Of a stretch of 64,000 nt of DNA, positions 1 through 13,252 are shown one piece after another. The position numbers were made by a program, and so were the translations under genes. The DNA is from Octopus sinensis (taxonomy: Eukaryota). The stretch covers positions 105,214,001 to 105,278,000 of the forward strand of contig NC_043002.1 of assembly GCF_006345805.1 (NCBI RefSeq), read 5' to 3'. Positions within the stretch are counted from its first letter, which is position 1, and every line of letters starts with the position of its first letter. Below the pieces are notes generated by a model that was given only the letters and a program-made list of their open reading frames with translations, was not told the origin of the DNA and ran no database searches.

Positions 1-1735
1 GATCGAAGTACACAAACAAAAATACAGAATACGTGACACCAATAAGAATACAAAAACGTAAAAAACATAACGGTTAAAAATAAAAAATAAACACAAAACA
101 AAACAGGACGTAGGACAAGGGTCTTTCGACAGGACGATTTGAGTAGGGGCTGGCTTGTGAAGTTGTGCCTAAAGGCCACGGGGAGACGAAACACATACGT
201 GTTGCTGCTGAGGCTGCTGCTTAAAACGAAAAGAGCGCTCAACAGCGCCACTAGCTGTCACGTGAGAACAAAAGACAGGAGAAAGGGACAGATGAAAAGG
301 GAGAGAAGGTGGACGAGGGAGGAGAAGAAAGAGACAGATCGAGGGGGCTGGAGGTGAGAGAGATAGAGAAACGTAGAGGGGGGGGGACGGATGGAGAGGG
401 AAAGAACGGAAGTGGAATAAGGAGGAGGGAGAGAGAGAGAAAAAGAGACAGATTAAGAGTCGTATCAAAGCTTGAGAAAAATATACTTATCGTATAAGGA
501 CAATTGTGGATACGTAGCCGCCGATTATATAGGTAAACAGTAAAATTAAATACAGACATGGACAAGAACAAACAACCACCCACAGACGACACAAGAACCA
601 CAGGACGGGACATTCGAAGCCCTCAGTCATCAGTCAAGAACCAGATCATCTTAGCAATTTCGGCTGATTAATCTTGAGATTGCTCCGATATGGCCAGCCC
701 GCCAAGGGAAATCTAAGCCAAGCGCATTAGATCCCCTGGAAGAAAGCTTCGAATGTATACAACGAAAGGACGGAAACGATCGAATACACCAACAAAAATA
801 CGAATACGTGACACCAATAAGAATACAAAAACGTAAAAACAATAACGGTAAAATAAAATAAACAACAAAACAAAACAGGACGTAGGACAATGGTCTTCGA
901 CAGGACGATTTTGAGTAGGGGCTGGCTTGTGAAGTTGTGCCTAAAGGCCACGGGGAGACGAACACATACGTGTTGCTTCTGAGGCTGCTGAAAACGAAAA
1001 GAGCGCTCAAACAGCGGCTAGCTGTCACGTGAGAACAAAAGACAGGAAAAGGGACAGATGAAAAGGGAGAGAAGGTGGACGAGGGAGGAGAAGAAAGAGA
1101 CAGATCGAGGGGGCTGGAGGTGAGAGAGATAGAGAAACGTAGAAAGGGGTGGGGGACGGATGGAGAGGGAAAGAACGGAAGTGGAATAAGGGAGGAGGAG
1201 AGAGAGAGAAAAAGAGCACAGATTAAGAGTCGTATCAAAGCTTGAGAAAAAAATATACTTATCGTATAAGGACCATTGTGGATACGTAGCCGCCGATTAT
1301 ATAGGTAAACAGTAAAATTAAATACAGACATGGACAAGAACATGAACACCACAGACGACAAAGAACCACAGGACGGGACATTCGAAGCCCTCAGTCATCA
1401 GTCAAGAACCAGATCATCTTAGCAATTTCGGCTGATTAATCTTGAGATTGCTCGATATGGCCAGCCCGCCAAGGGAAATCTAAGCCAAGCGCATTAGATC
1501 CCCTGGAAGAAAGCTTCGAATGTATACAACGAAAGGACGGAAAACGATCGAAGTAAACAAACAAAAATACAGAATACGTGACACCAATAAGAATACAAAA
1601 ACGTAAAAACAATAACGGTAAAAATAAAAAATAAACAACAAACAAAACAGGACGTAGGACAAGGGTCTTTCGACAGGACGATTGAGTAGGGGCTGCTTGT
1701 GAAGTTGTCCTAAAGGCCACGGGGAGACGAACACC
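1..1735. repeat. ~770-bp tandem repeat (at least 2.2 units, runs off the window edge)
   Basis: Motif gatcgaa..caaaaatac(a)gaatacgtgacacc recurs at 1, 778 and 1546 (periods 777 and 768). Copies differ mostly by 1-nt indels. The array ends at a (TA)n tract. Confidence 0.92.
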
Positions 1736-2407
1736 ATATATATATTTATATGTGTATATATATATAAGTATATATATATTATTTTTATTTTTATTATTAT
1801 TTTTAAATATATAACTATCAAAAAGTATTATAAAGTTTAATATAAGATAAAAAGTATAATACAAGATAAAAAGTAAAAAGTATATATATATATATATATA
1901 CAGGTACACTGACTGACTCATTGATTGATTGATTTAGTGAGTGAGTGAGTGAGTGAGTGAGTGAGTGAAAGAGTAAAGGAATGAGTGTGGAAGTGAGTGG
2001 GTGATTGCGTGAGTGAGTGAGGGACTGGTAGGCAGAGAGCGTTAGAGATATATGTATCACTATAGGGAAAAAAATGCTTGTATTCATGTAGGTGAGCATG
2101 CGCGCGTGTCTCAGCATCATATATATTTGAAGCGAATTATACAGCATTTCAGCATAACAGATTCTGGAAATCTTCCTTTATTTTGAAGATAGCCAAATCA
2201 CAATTCTAATATACATACATATATACATAATTTTCTCAAGTTCTAAAAGTGAATTTGTCTGCGTTAACTACATCCCAAAGATGAAGCCTCGTATCTTTGT
2301 TGGAATCCGCCTGCCTCCTCAGTGGAAGATTTAAATTAATTAAAAAATAAAACAGACATACATACACACACACGTACACACACCGATACGAGTGTGTATA
2401 TATTTAT

Positions 2408-2572
2408 ACTTTATTAAAAAGCAGCAAAAATATCGCAAAAACTGTTACTCAGAGTTTCATGTTCCCGTTTGTCGGACAGTTTTGTTTAGAATCTAAACAA
2501 ATGCATATTACTCTACCTTTGGTATTCGAGTACTGTTTCTCCACCTTGCTTCTTATTTATATGCTACATGGT
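2408..2572 (-). mobile_element. Diverged Penelope-like pLTR fragment, same family as the 246-bp array, with a decayed hammerhead
   Basis: Homologous to the 5125-6108 unit. Minus strand reads caaaactgt-CCGACAA-acgggaacat-GAAAC-tctgag-TA-acagtttttg (2436-2484). Confidence 0.65.
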
Positions 2573-2573
2573 A

Positions 2574-2646
<73 letters not shown>

Positions 2647-2789
2647 ATATATAAACGGTGGTGCATTAGCATGGCCGCAGCTCTCAGCTGAAACTAGAAA
2701 TATATATATATATAGATATATAGATAGATAAATAGATAGATAGATCGATAGATCGACAGATAGATAGATAGATCGATAGATAGATATAA

Positions 2790-3277
<488 letters not shown>

Positions 3278-3680
3278 GCATTTCTTGGTATGCATTTCTT
3301 TTTAAGACAAGCACATACATACATACTATCTTAGTCTTATTATCAGTTTTCGGAAAGAGTAAAATTGGTTTTGTTACTGAGAAGGTAACTTTACAAAAAA
3401 TAAATTTGAATGGTGGTATATCTTCAAATAAATATAATATTATTTCAACTTACATATGTATATATATAATATATATATATATACATTATATATATATATA
3501 TATAATTATATATATATATTGTATGTGTGTGTATCTGTTGTGTGTGTGGTGTGTGTACTCGTGCGCATACTAAATAAATGCATAATCGTATACTTATCTA
3601 TAGGTATGAAGGCAGGTATAAACAGATAACTAGATAAGTAAATAGCTAGCTAGCTAGCTAGATAGATAGATAGATAAATA

Positions 3681-4845
3681 AGTTTCTTTATTGGCCACAC
3701 AGGCTGCACACAGATGGGACAAGTTACATCGCAGAGCTTTTCTTTGGGGGGGATGAAAAAAAAAACAAAAAACAAAAGAAACAAAAGAAAAAGGTGGCGT
3801 AGGTTTTCGATCAAAAGGGATCGTAAAAGGGAAAGAAAGAACAAAAAATCAAAAAAGGAAAAGGAACAAAAGAAAAGAAAAGAAAAAAAGAAAAAAGAAA
3901 AATGGGGGAAAACAAGGGGAAGAGGGGAAAAGAACGATCAATGTTATGATGTATGGTGTAAAGGGGAAAGCAAGTAAGGTTTATCCGTGGGAAGAAAAGC
4001 CTACGAAAAAGACCACGGGTTCATAGGATTATGCTCAAGGTGGCTTCGTCATTCATACGTGCCATCCTTGCTACATTGACCCATCTTTTTTTAAAACATT
4101 CGCTAGACAAAGCTTGCCTCTCTACTCTCACTTTCCTTTTCAAGTGGTACTTGAAGAAGTTGATGAGAGATTGACCAGAGAGAAAAGTGTTTGTCCCCAC
4201 CAGATACATTTTTTCGCCATAGCCACAAGGATGATGAAAATAGCTCTTCCTTCCCGTTTGAAGGAAGGAGGCGTGACAATATTGACGATAGGACTCAGCT
4301 GATAAACCGACTCGTCCACACGTGACAGCAGTTGTTCGACATAAGCCACAGGTCGGAAGTTGTTGGACACTGCACCAGTGCGTGCAGAACGGTTTCGTCG
4401 CTCTGGCCGCATCTCGGGCAGGTCGGCGCCGTGTTCTCGAACCGTGTCTGTAGAGCTTTATCCCGAACGGGTAGCGCTTCTCGGTAGCACTGCCAGACCA
4501 GGGATCTCTGGAAGTTGTGCATGGGCCCTGGCCCGAAAGGTCGTCCCGAACAGACGGGTCAGGTTACTCCTCGCGACGTCCAGGTTCGCCCCGAGCTCGT
4601 CGTCGTACCTCCCCTCCACTAATCCCCTATAGAATGCTTTAGTTGTAATGAAGTCACTCAAGGTCGACACAGGACGGCAGAGTTGCTTGAGAGCAACGCG
4701 ACACTCGCGGCGCCATTCGCCCTTCCTCGGCCTCTTTTTGATCCACGACTGCAGTTGGGTCATGGAGACGAGCTGCGGGAAAGCGTGCCTCACAAACGGT
4801 GACCACACCTGTTCACCGTCGTCTACGAAGAACCTGAGATGTCGC
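3681..4845 (-). mobile_element. 5'-truncated Tx1-clade (L1 group) non-LTR retrotransposon: ORF2 C-terminus plus 3' UTR
   Basis: Frameshifted ORFs carry a zf-RVT-type CCHC knuckle (CPRCGQSDETVLHALVQC) and end KRWVNVARMARMNDEATLSIIL* at 4021. The 3' UTR has AATAAA followed by (TATC)n. (GATA)n also follows the 5' junction at 4846. Confidence 0.88.
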
Positions 4846-4916
<71 letters not shown>

Positions 4917-5067
4917 CGGAGGGAGGGGTGAGAGACGAAGGAATATAAAGAGGGAGAGGTTAGATAGATTGATAAAGATTGATAAAGAGATAAAGTGACT
5001 GATAGATGGATAATGATCTATACGTGAGATAACTGCATGTGCATGTACGAATATACATATGCATATC

Positions 5068-5099
<32 letters not shown>

Positions 5100-5124
5100 G
5101 ATATATATATATTATATATATATA

Positions 5125-5355
5125 CTTTATTTTAAAAGCAGCAGAAAATTCACACAAATCTGTTACTCTGATTTCTCGTTGCCGTTCATCAGACAGTTTT
5201 TGCTAGAATGGAACTGATATATCAAAGTTCCATCTTTTTCAGCTGTTTGTTCTTACTACTTGTGCAGAGTCGCTCAAACTTTTACAAGGAGGGCGGGTTA
5301 CACCGGAGTAAACCATAAATGTGAAACAAGGTGGAAAAAAGAGTACTCAAATACC
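5125..5355 (-). mobile_element. Inverted copy of the 246-bp Penelope/retrozyme unit
   Basis: Reverse complement of the tandem unit. HHR at ~5155-5202 lacks one C of GAAAC. Abuts (TA)n on the left. Confidence 0.85.
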
Positions 5356-5467
5356 ATGTTTACTCCGGTTGTAACCCGCTCCTTGTAAAAGTTTGAGCGA
5401 CTCTGCACAAGTAGGAAGAACAAACAGCTGAAAAAGATGGAACTTATATATATCAGTTCCATTCTAG

Positions 5468-5517
5468 CAAAAACTGTCTGATGAACGGCAATGAGAAACT
5501 CAGAGTAACAGATTTTG
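5468..5517 (+). ncRNA. Type-I hammerhead motif, unit 1 (GUA site)
   Basis: caaaaacugu / CUGAUGA / acggcaauga / GAAA / CUC-A-GAG-U / A / acagauuuug. Confidence 0.65.
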
Positions 5518-5713
5518 TTGAATTTTCTGCTGCTTAAAATAAAGCATATTACTCTACCACTGGTATTTGAGTACTCTTTTTTCCACCTTGTTTCATATTT
5601 ATGTGTTTACTCCGGTGTAACCCGCTCCTTGTAAATGTTTGAGCGACTCTGCACAAGTAGGAAGAACAAACAGCTGAAAAAGATGGAACTTTGATATATC
5701 AGTTACATTCTAG

Positions 5714-5763
5714 CAAAAACTGTCTGATGAACGGCAACGAGAAACTCAGAGTAACAGATTTTG
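5714..5763 (+). ncRNA. Type-I hammerhead motif, unit 2
   Basis: As unit 1, with helix II A-CG-GCAA-CG-A (GNRA loop) and palindromic helix III ACUC/GAGU. Confidence 0.7.
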
Positions 5764-5959
5764 TTGAATTTTCTGCTGCTTAAAATAAAGAATATTACTC
5801 TACCACTGGTATTTGAGTACTCTTTTTTCCACCTTGTTTCACATTTATGTGTTTACTCCGGTGTAACCCGCTCCTTGTAAAAGTTTGAGCGACTCTGCAC
5901 AAGTAGTAAGAACAAACAGCTGAAAAAGATGGAACTTATATATATCAGTTCCATTCTAG

Positions 5960-6009
5960 CAAAAACTGTCTGATGAACGGCAACGAGAAACTCAGAGTAA
6001 CAGATTTTG
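5960..6009 (+). ncRNA. Type-I hammerhead motif, unit 3
   Basis: Identical to unit 2. Confidence 0.7.
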
Positions 6010-7531
6010 TTGAATTTTCTGCTGCTTAAAATAAAGCATATTACTCTACCACTGGTATTTGAGTACTCTTTTTTCCACCTTGTTTCACATTTATGTGTTT
6101 ACTCCGGTATATATATATATATATGTATGTATATATATATATACATATATGTATATCTGTGTGTGTGTATGAAGTTTCATGTCAGTTTGAACAAGAGAAT
6201 ATACATATTTATGCAATGGTGTATATCGTTGTTTATATGCCATCGTAAATTCACAGAAGTCTACGTAGAGTCATAGGTTTAAGTATATAATTACCGCTTC
6301 GGCTAATGTTATTTTGATTGGTGTTCGGAAACAGAAAGATTCCGTTTATCTATGTAACGTATCTATTACCTGAGAGAGATTTCAGGAGAAGGTGACACGT
6401 TCTTGTTAAGTCAAGCGTTACATATTATTAATACTGTTGTCTCTGTCGGATATTACACTTTGAAATATTAATCAGCTCAGAGGTTAAGACTTTTCAAAAG
6501 TTAACAGTTTTTATTTTAGCTGAGATATAACATATAAGGCAAACAGCAGCAGAAGTTAGAAGCAAATGCATATCTACTCACTGTATAGCTCTTACTCAAT
6601 TAGATACTAACGCCAGACCGCAGAAATCATAAACAAGTAAAATCAATAAACCTCCGTATGGCTTACAGGATTTTCAGTTGGCGAATGTGTTTCCTTGGTG
6701 TGCGTAATGTTGTTGGACAAAATGTCGTAAAGCCACGAGAATCAAAACGGCGCTAGCCAAGCTAATAAACCTCCTTCACTCCAACATCTTATATTCTGTT
6801 TCATGTTAAGGAGAACTTTTATGAGAGGCAATGATTTCGCCTCGAATTATGCTCATCTTATGTATGACCTATACAAAATTGTATTCTTGTTTGCGACACT
6901 AGAATCTAGAAACTAGAATGGCTGTCGTAATATGGCCATTGGCAGTAATGTATCCGAACTACGAAGTGTAACATATAAACGTGTGTGCTTGCGTGCGTGT
7001 TTGTGTGTGTGCATACGAATGAGTGTTATGTAAATATGTATGTATATAAAATATATGCATACATATATGTATGTATATAAAAGCAGTATATATATACTTG
7101 CATATAAAATGTATATATATATATTATATATATATGCTTGCTTATAACATATATATATATATATGCTTCCATATAAAATGCATATTATATATATATATAT
7201 ATATATATACATATATGCATGAATGCATGCATATAAAATCTACATATATATGCATGTGTATGCACACATATCTCCACATAACGTATAGGTGTGCATATAC
7301 ACACATAGGCAAATAAATATATAGAAAGCTCATGTATTGTATGTATACACATGGATTTAATGTATATGTATATATGCATGGTTGTAATGTATATGTATAT
7401 ATGTATAATTTATATACAACACGTGTATATTATTCATGATATATATATATATATATATAACATTATTTTATGCAAACATATATACACACATGCGTACATA
7501 TATATATATATATATTTATTTATTTATTTAT

Positions 7532-7603
<72 letters not shown>

Positions 7604-7897
7604 TATACATATATATACAATCATATATATATGTACGATTCTGTATACTATACACCCCACAGTCACACACATATAAAGATGTTTGCAAAACGGGTAGACA
7701 TCAATATTAGCCATATAAGAAATGCTGACTTATCAGAAATAGGAGCACTCTAACTTTAACTTTATGGACACTATATCTATAATCGTTCTTTTTTTTTTTA
7801 ATTTTTGTCTCCTCTGCCATTCCAGCCGTGCCCATATCTATGCATTTAAGTTATTTCAATGAAAAGTGCCGTCCATTCTTCGTTATAGCGCTTGTGT

Positions 7898-8224
7898 TCG
7901 ATTCCCAAATCGGGCGTTGTGAGTGTTTATTGAGCGAAGACACCTAAAGCTCCACGAGGCTCCGGCAGGGGATGGTGGTGATCCCTGCTGTATTCTTTCA
8001 CCACAACTTTCTCTCACTCTTTCTTCCTGTTTCTGTTGTACCTGTATTTCAAAGGGCCGGCCTTGTCACTTTCTGTGTCACGCTGAATATCCCCGAGAAC
8101 TACGTTAAGGGTACACGTGTCTGTGGAGTGCTCAGCCACTTACACGTTAATTTCACGAGCAGGCTGTTCCGTTGATCGGATCAACCGGAACCCTCGTCGT
8201 CAGAACCGACGGAGTGCTTCCACC
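7898..8224 (+). mobile_element. tRNA-derived SINE (family C), 5'-truncated, with 13-bp TSD
   Basis: Starts in a B-box (tcgattcc). TSD atagcgcttgtgt at 7885-7897 and 8225-8237. Homologous to 26159-26520. Confidence 0.85.
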
Positions 8225-8333
8225 ATAGCGCTTGTGTCATTCGAGTGAGTTCTATCGGCTGCTTCTTCGACAACGACCGACCGAGTGAAATCATCCTTTT
8301 TGTCTAATGTGAGTGTGTGTGAATAAGTGAGTT

Positions 8334-8370
<37 letters not shown>

Positions 8371-8652
8371 TGTGTCTATGTGTGTCTATGTCCGAGCAAT
8401 TTTATCGCTGTTGATGTTTCATCGAACGTCAGCTCATTTTCATGAGAACTAAGATCAAACTTCGTAGCAGACGTGAAGGACTTGTCCTATTTAAAGGGAA
8501 CTACTAGAGCAGCATTGTTTTTTTTCTTTTAGAGAATCCGCCAGTGCCCCAGCGTGGCCATAGTTTTAATGGCTTAATCAAATTAATGAATCGGAGAAAA
8601 ATCAAGGGTATGATCTGGTTCTTTATGCGTTGTATATGCTTTTGTTATTGGA

Positions 8653-8988
8653 GACCCCCTTCGGTCACGACACAGACCATGGGATTGCACCTAGAAAGTT
8701 ACCCTCCTAGACACAAGTCCGGACGAGGTTGTTTATGGAAGACCAGCAGTCGCCCATGCATACCGGCCTCCCCTCTCCACGCCACCAGTGTTATCCAAAG
8801 GAAAGACATAGGTCGATACAGCTTGGCACCTGTGACGTCGCAACTCATTTCTACAGCTGAGTGAACTGGATCAACGTGAAATAAAGTGCCTTGCTCAAGA
8901 ACACAACAAGCAGCCCGGTCCGGGATTTGAACTTACAACCTCACGATCGTAAGCTCGACGCTCTAATGACTGAGCCATGCGCCTTCAC
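8653..8988 (-). mobile_element. tRNA-derived SINE (family D)
   Basis: tRNA-like head at the right end. Near-identical copy at 11966-12296. Confidence 0.85.
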
Positions 8989-9252
8989 CTTTTGTTATAG
9001 ATGGTGTTTATTCGCATGTCACAGACCTGAAATGGAAGGACTTTCTAAACGTGACGTCATACTATGTATGCATTTTTTTAATGCGGTAGTTTCATGAGGA
9101 AACAGTGTCATTTTAGTCTCGTGAATCAACGCGTGTCCGAGTGTGTTTTGTTTTAATTTTATATTGTTGCTTTTACTACTACTGTTTATGTGAGATCAAG
9201 TAGACCTAAGGTTAAAGGCGTCCCGAAACACATTATACACTATATCTATATA

Positions 9253-9423
9253 GGCGTAGGAGTGACTGTGTGGTAAGTAGCTTGTTTACCAACAACATGA
9301 TTCCGGGTTCAGTCCCACTGCGTGGCACCTTGGGCGAGTGTCTTCTACTATAGCCTCGGGCCGACCAAAGCCTTGTGAGTGGATTTGGTAGACGGAAACT
9401 GAAAGAAGCCCGTCGTATATATG

Positions 9424-9510
<87 letters not shown>

Positions 9511-9742
9511 TGCGTGTGTGTGTTTGTGTGTCTATGTTTGTCCCCCTAGCATTGCTTGACAACCGATGCTGGTGTGTTTATGTCCCCGTTACTTAGCGGT
9601 TCGGCAAAAGAGACCGATAGAATAAGTACTGGGCTTACAAAAAAAGAATAAGTCCCGGGGTCGAGTTGCTCGATTAAAGGCGGTGCTCCAGCATGGCTGC
9701 AGTCAAATGACTGAAACAAGTAAAAGAGTAAAGAGTAAAGAG
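9253..9742 (+). mobile_element. tRNA-derived SINE (family A) with internal (TA)n/(TG)n
   Basis: Head ggcgtaggagtg..ggttcagtccc and (taaaagag)n-like tail. Many copies in the window. Confidence 0.9.
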
Positions 9743-10978
9743 AGTGAGACTGGAGGATATCTATCTTTTCATTCATGGACCATTTTCTCCACCTCTTGCG
9801 AATTTTAATCACTCTTTCTGGTGTGATTTTTTTACACTCATAAAACATGGCAGATGAAAAGACAAGGAGGACATTACCACTACAGAAAAGTGCCGGTGAA
9901 AAATACCCTAGCGCGCCTCTTCATAGTCTATTCCATTAGCCATGTAAAATGAGGTTGTGTTGTGTGCAACATCATTTGAATATGTTCATTGCCTCAGGTT
10001 CTGTCTAATGTAGCAATCAGGAGAAAGTATGGAAGAACAATCTCTATCTTAGTTATATTTTCTAACTTCATAATTTTATGTTATTAAATAAAGTTTGAGG
10101 AATTGTCCTTGAAGAGGCTTTTGGCTTGGAAGTAGTTGATAAATAAAAAGAACGCCCAATTTGGGGTATGCGCCGAATATCCAGGTTTGGTCAACATTAG
10201 AGCCAAGGCCATCTTGTCCTATTACAATTGGGAAGTTCAAAAGCTGACCCTAACTTTAAAAAATGATTGGGTTGTTTGTCGAGGAAATACTGACAGACAC
10301 TTTAATTTTACAGTCTAATTCATTATTGAGGATACTTCAGTCATAAGGATAAATTACGCTTCGCTGTCTAGCAGGTCAAGTGAGTGCTTAAAGTCTACAT
10401 CATTTTGACATGATATTTAACATCTACAAACAATTGCCTTCAACGGACTATCAACAAGATTAGCCTCCATTAATTCAATGATTCACAAATTGAAATTGTT
10501 TACACATGCATGCTTAATATTTAGCAATATGCGTGTATGTGATACTATATTTCTCAGTCGTAGCTTTCCAGCTGAAAAATCTTCTCTCGTTCAACATGTA
10601 ATGTGATGCTTCGACCATAGTTCTTTTGGATTAGAAGTGGCTTCAAACCATACAACTAATAGATAAAGTAGCCCTCTTTAGTATTCCAACAGTAGCTTCA
10701 AACAGTAATAAATCTTTGATGTAGTTGCCGGACCTATTAACAAACATCCTTTAACTTACACTTTACTTTTTCTAGCAGATCGAACGACCATGTAGAGGCC
10801 TTCTCATTGGTCCGTAAAAGTTGTCATAGTGATCAACGTTGACGGAGTTGTTGGTGTTGTTTGAGCCAAAGTCAAAGCTGGAAACTGCATGGTTCCAGGC
10901 TATACTTAAATGAGTAGAACGAACAAAACAATGAATCAAAATTACATGGTAGAAAGAACGAAGAATATATCAACACTA

Positions 10979-11210
10979 CCTATTTCTTTATTACTCACAA
11001 GGGGCTAAACACAGAGGGGACAAACAAGGACAGACATAGGTATTAAGTCGATTACATCGACCCCAGTGCGTAACTGGTACTTAATTTATCGACCCCGAAA
11101 GGATGAAAGGCAAAGTCGACCTCGGCGGAATTCGAACTCACAACGTAACGCAGACGAAATACCGCTAAGCATTTTGCCCGGCGTGCTAACGTTTCTGCCA
11201 GCTCGCCGCC
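10979..11210 (-). mobile_element. tRNA-derived SINE (family B)
   Basis: ggcggcgagctggcagaaacgttagc..gagttcgaattcc head. Copies at 26576, 36005 and 48530. Confidence 0.88.
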
Positions 11211-11561
11211 GTAGTGATATGATGAGGGGTGGTAGCATAGAAACATAGAATTCAATTCAAGTTTTAACTTCCTGTTCTTTATCGCTATAACTAATAGCTG
11301 TATAATATTTTCACTCTGCATCCTGGCATCAGAGTCAGTTTTCTGGAGTACTCTTTGATTTAGCTGCAGAAGTTATTGCTTAGGCCCAAGAGAAACAACC
11401 TGCATCGTGTGAGTAGTTTTGCAATACAGAAAATGTTATAATGAGTTATATTTCGGAATGGTCATATTGCCAGTTTAGCCAATAAAAACACACGCACTAT
11501 ATATTTGATGTTATTTTGCTTCAGTGTTATTTATTTTTTACATTAATCTTAATCTTATTTC

Positions 11562-11605
11562 GGCCAGAGTTCTTTCGTCACACTCCTGTGACCGCATCAG
11601 TGGCC
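11562..11605 (-). ncRNA. Hammerhead motif with one core substitution (A9 to C)
   Basis: GGCCA / CUGAUGC / G / GUCAC-aggagu-GUGAC / GAAA / G-aa-CU / C / UGGCC. Helices I and II are perfect. Confidence 0.6.
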
Positions 11606-11965
11606 CTTTGTTTTCTTCTTTCTTATTTGTGTCTCTCCTTACTAACCGTCAGCCATTTTGTATTTCTATTCTTGCACAACAAATATTTAAACGTTATGAG
11701 TGTTTTCATTAAATTCATAAACGCTCAGCGGTCAATGTCGAACATTCTATCTTGTCGCTGAAATTGTTAAATGTGGCACCCGAAACTCCTCTCCTACTAA
11801 ATTATCACACATCTTTTGGCCTCGGGCCAAGTTTAGCACAAAGTAACAACCACAAAAACAATAACAATACAAAACAGGAAAAGCAAAACCGAGACGTAAA
11901 AATCAACAAATACAGCTTGAATGACAATTAGAGCAAGAAAAAAAGCATCATAAAACGGGATCTGG

Positions 11966-12296
11966 GACCCCCTTCGGTCACGACACAGACCATGGGATTG
12001 CACCTAGAAAGTTACCCTCCTAGTCACAAGTCTGGGCAAGGTGGTTTATGGAAGACCAACAGTCGCCCATGCATACCAGCCTCCCCTCTCCACGCCAACA
12101 GTGTTATCCAAGGGAAAGGCAAAGGGGCCGATACAGCTTGGCACCAGTGACGTCGCAACTCATTTCCACAGCTGAGTGAACTGGAGCAACGTGAAATAAA
12201 GTGTCTTGCTCAAGAACACAACACGCGGCCCAGTCCGGGATTCGAGCTCACAATCTCACGATCGTAAGCTCAACGCTCTAACCACTGAGCCTTCAC
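11966..12296 (-). mobile_element. SINE family D
   Basis: Homologous to 8653-8988. Confidence 0.85.
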
Positions 12297-12854
12297 ATAT
12301 ATATCATAAAACAACAAATATAAAAACAGTAATAAAAACAATGATAATGACCAACGACTCTCAAATAGCCACAAAAACATCACATGACCTGAGAAATCAT
12401 AGGAGGAAATATCATCAAGAAGGATCGACTTTTAGAAACGGTCACCAAATTCTTTCGAAAAACAATCTATATTTGTGGCATGATTAGACGTTTAATTAGA
12501 ATATTTATCAGAGCAAGATACGAGTGGCATTTCGTTATTAGTCGAAACATCGGATTTCAAACCTCACCGAGGTGGATTTCGCCTTTTATTATTTTCTGCT
12601 AGATAAAACGCCATATTAGACATGTAGCGGTGAGGATGGTATGCAGAGACAACCCCTTCATGCTTAACTTCGATAGAAAGCGAAACCGAAGTCTTTATTA
12701 ATGAGGGAGACATTGAATATTGTAGATCCATGTATGCAAAGCTGGAGTGGAGACTATCAATACACATGCATATTTGCACACACAGACACACACGCTTATT
12801 CACACACACACACACACACACACAACACCAAACACATCTCTCTTTCTCTCTCTC

Positions 12855-12920
<66 letters not shown>

Positions 12921-12968
12921 ATAATATATATATAACATATATAATATATATATATATAACATATAATA

Positions 12969-13011
<43 letters not shown>

Positions 13012-13152
13012 TATAAGATGGTCTGTTTGAAAAAAAATTGAGCAATGCTTTGCACAATAGTTTATTCAAACATTTATATCGTTTACACACATTGCAGTGC
13101 TTCAAGCGAATTATAATGCTCTTTGATATCTATCTACTAAACGTATTATAGG

Positions 13153-13201
<49 letters not shown>

Positions 13202-13206
13202 CTATA

Positions 13207-13252
<46 letters not shown>

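Larger units (their letters stand above)
5356..6108 (+). repeat. 3 x 246-bp tandem array, one hammerhead motif per unit (Penelope pLTR / retrozyme-like)
   Basis: HHR motifs start at 5468, 5714 and 5960 (period exactly 246). The array ends in (TA)n. Confidence 0.9.

Noticed and set aside
608-650. CUGAUGA..GAA on the minus strand of the 770-bp repeat as a hammerhead
   Set aside because: GAAU replaces GAAA, and no helix I or helix III pairing could be found.
5356-6108. CRISPR-like array interpretation
   Set aside because: Whole units are repeated, with no unique spacers and no cas genes. The context is eukaryotic.
9253-9330. tRNA genes at SINE heads
   Set aside because: A/B-box-like heads run into SINE bodies and no complete cloverleaf is seen.
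9847-9939. AAAAC-ATG ORF MADEKTRRTLPLQKSA..
   Set aside because: Only 30 codons, with a weak donor and no recognisable homology.
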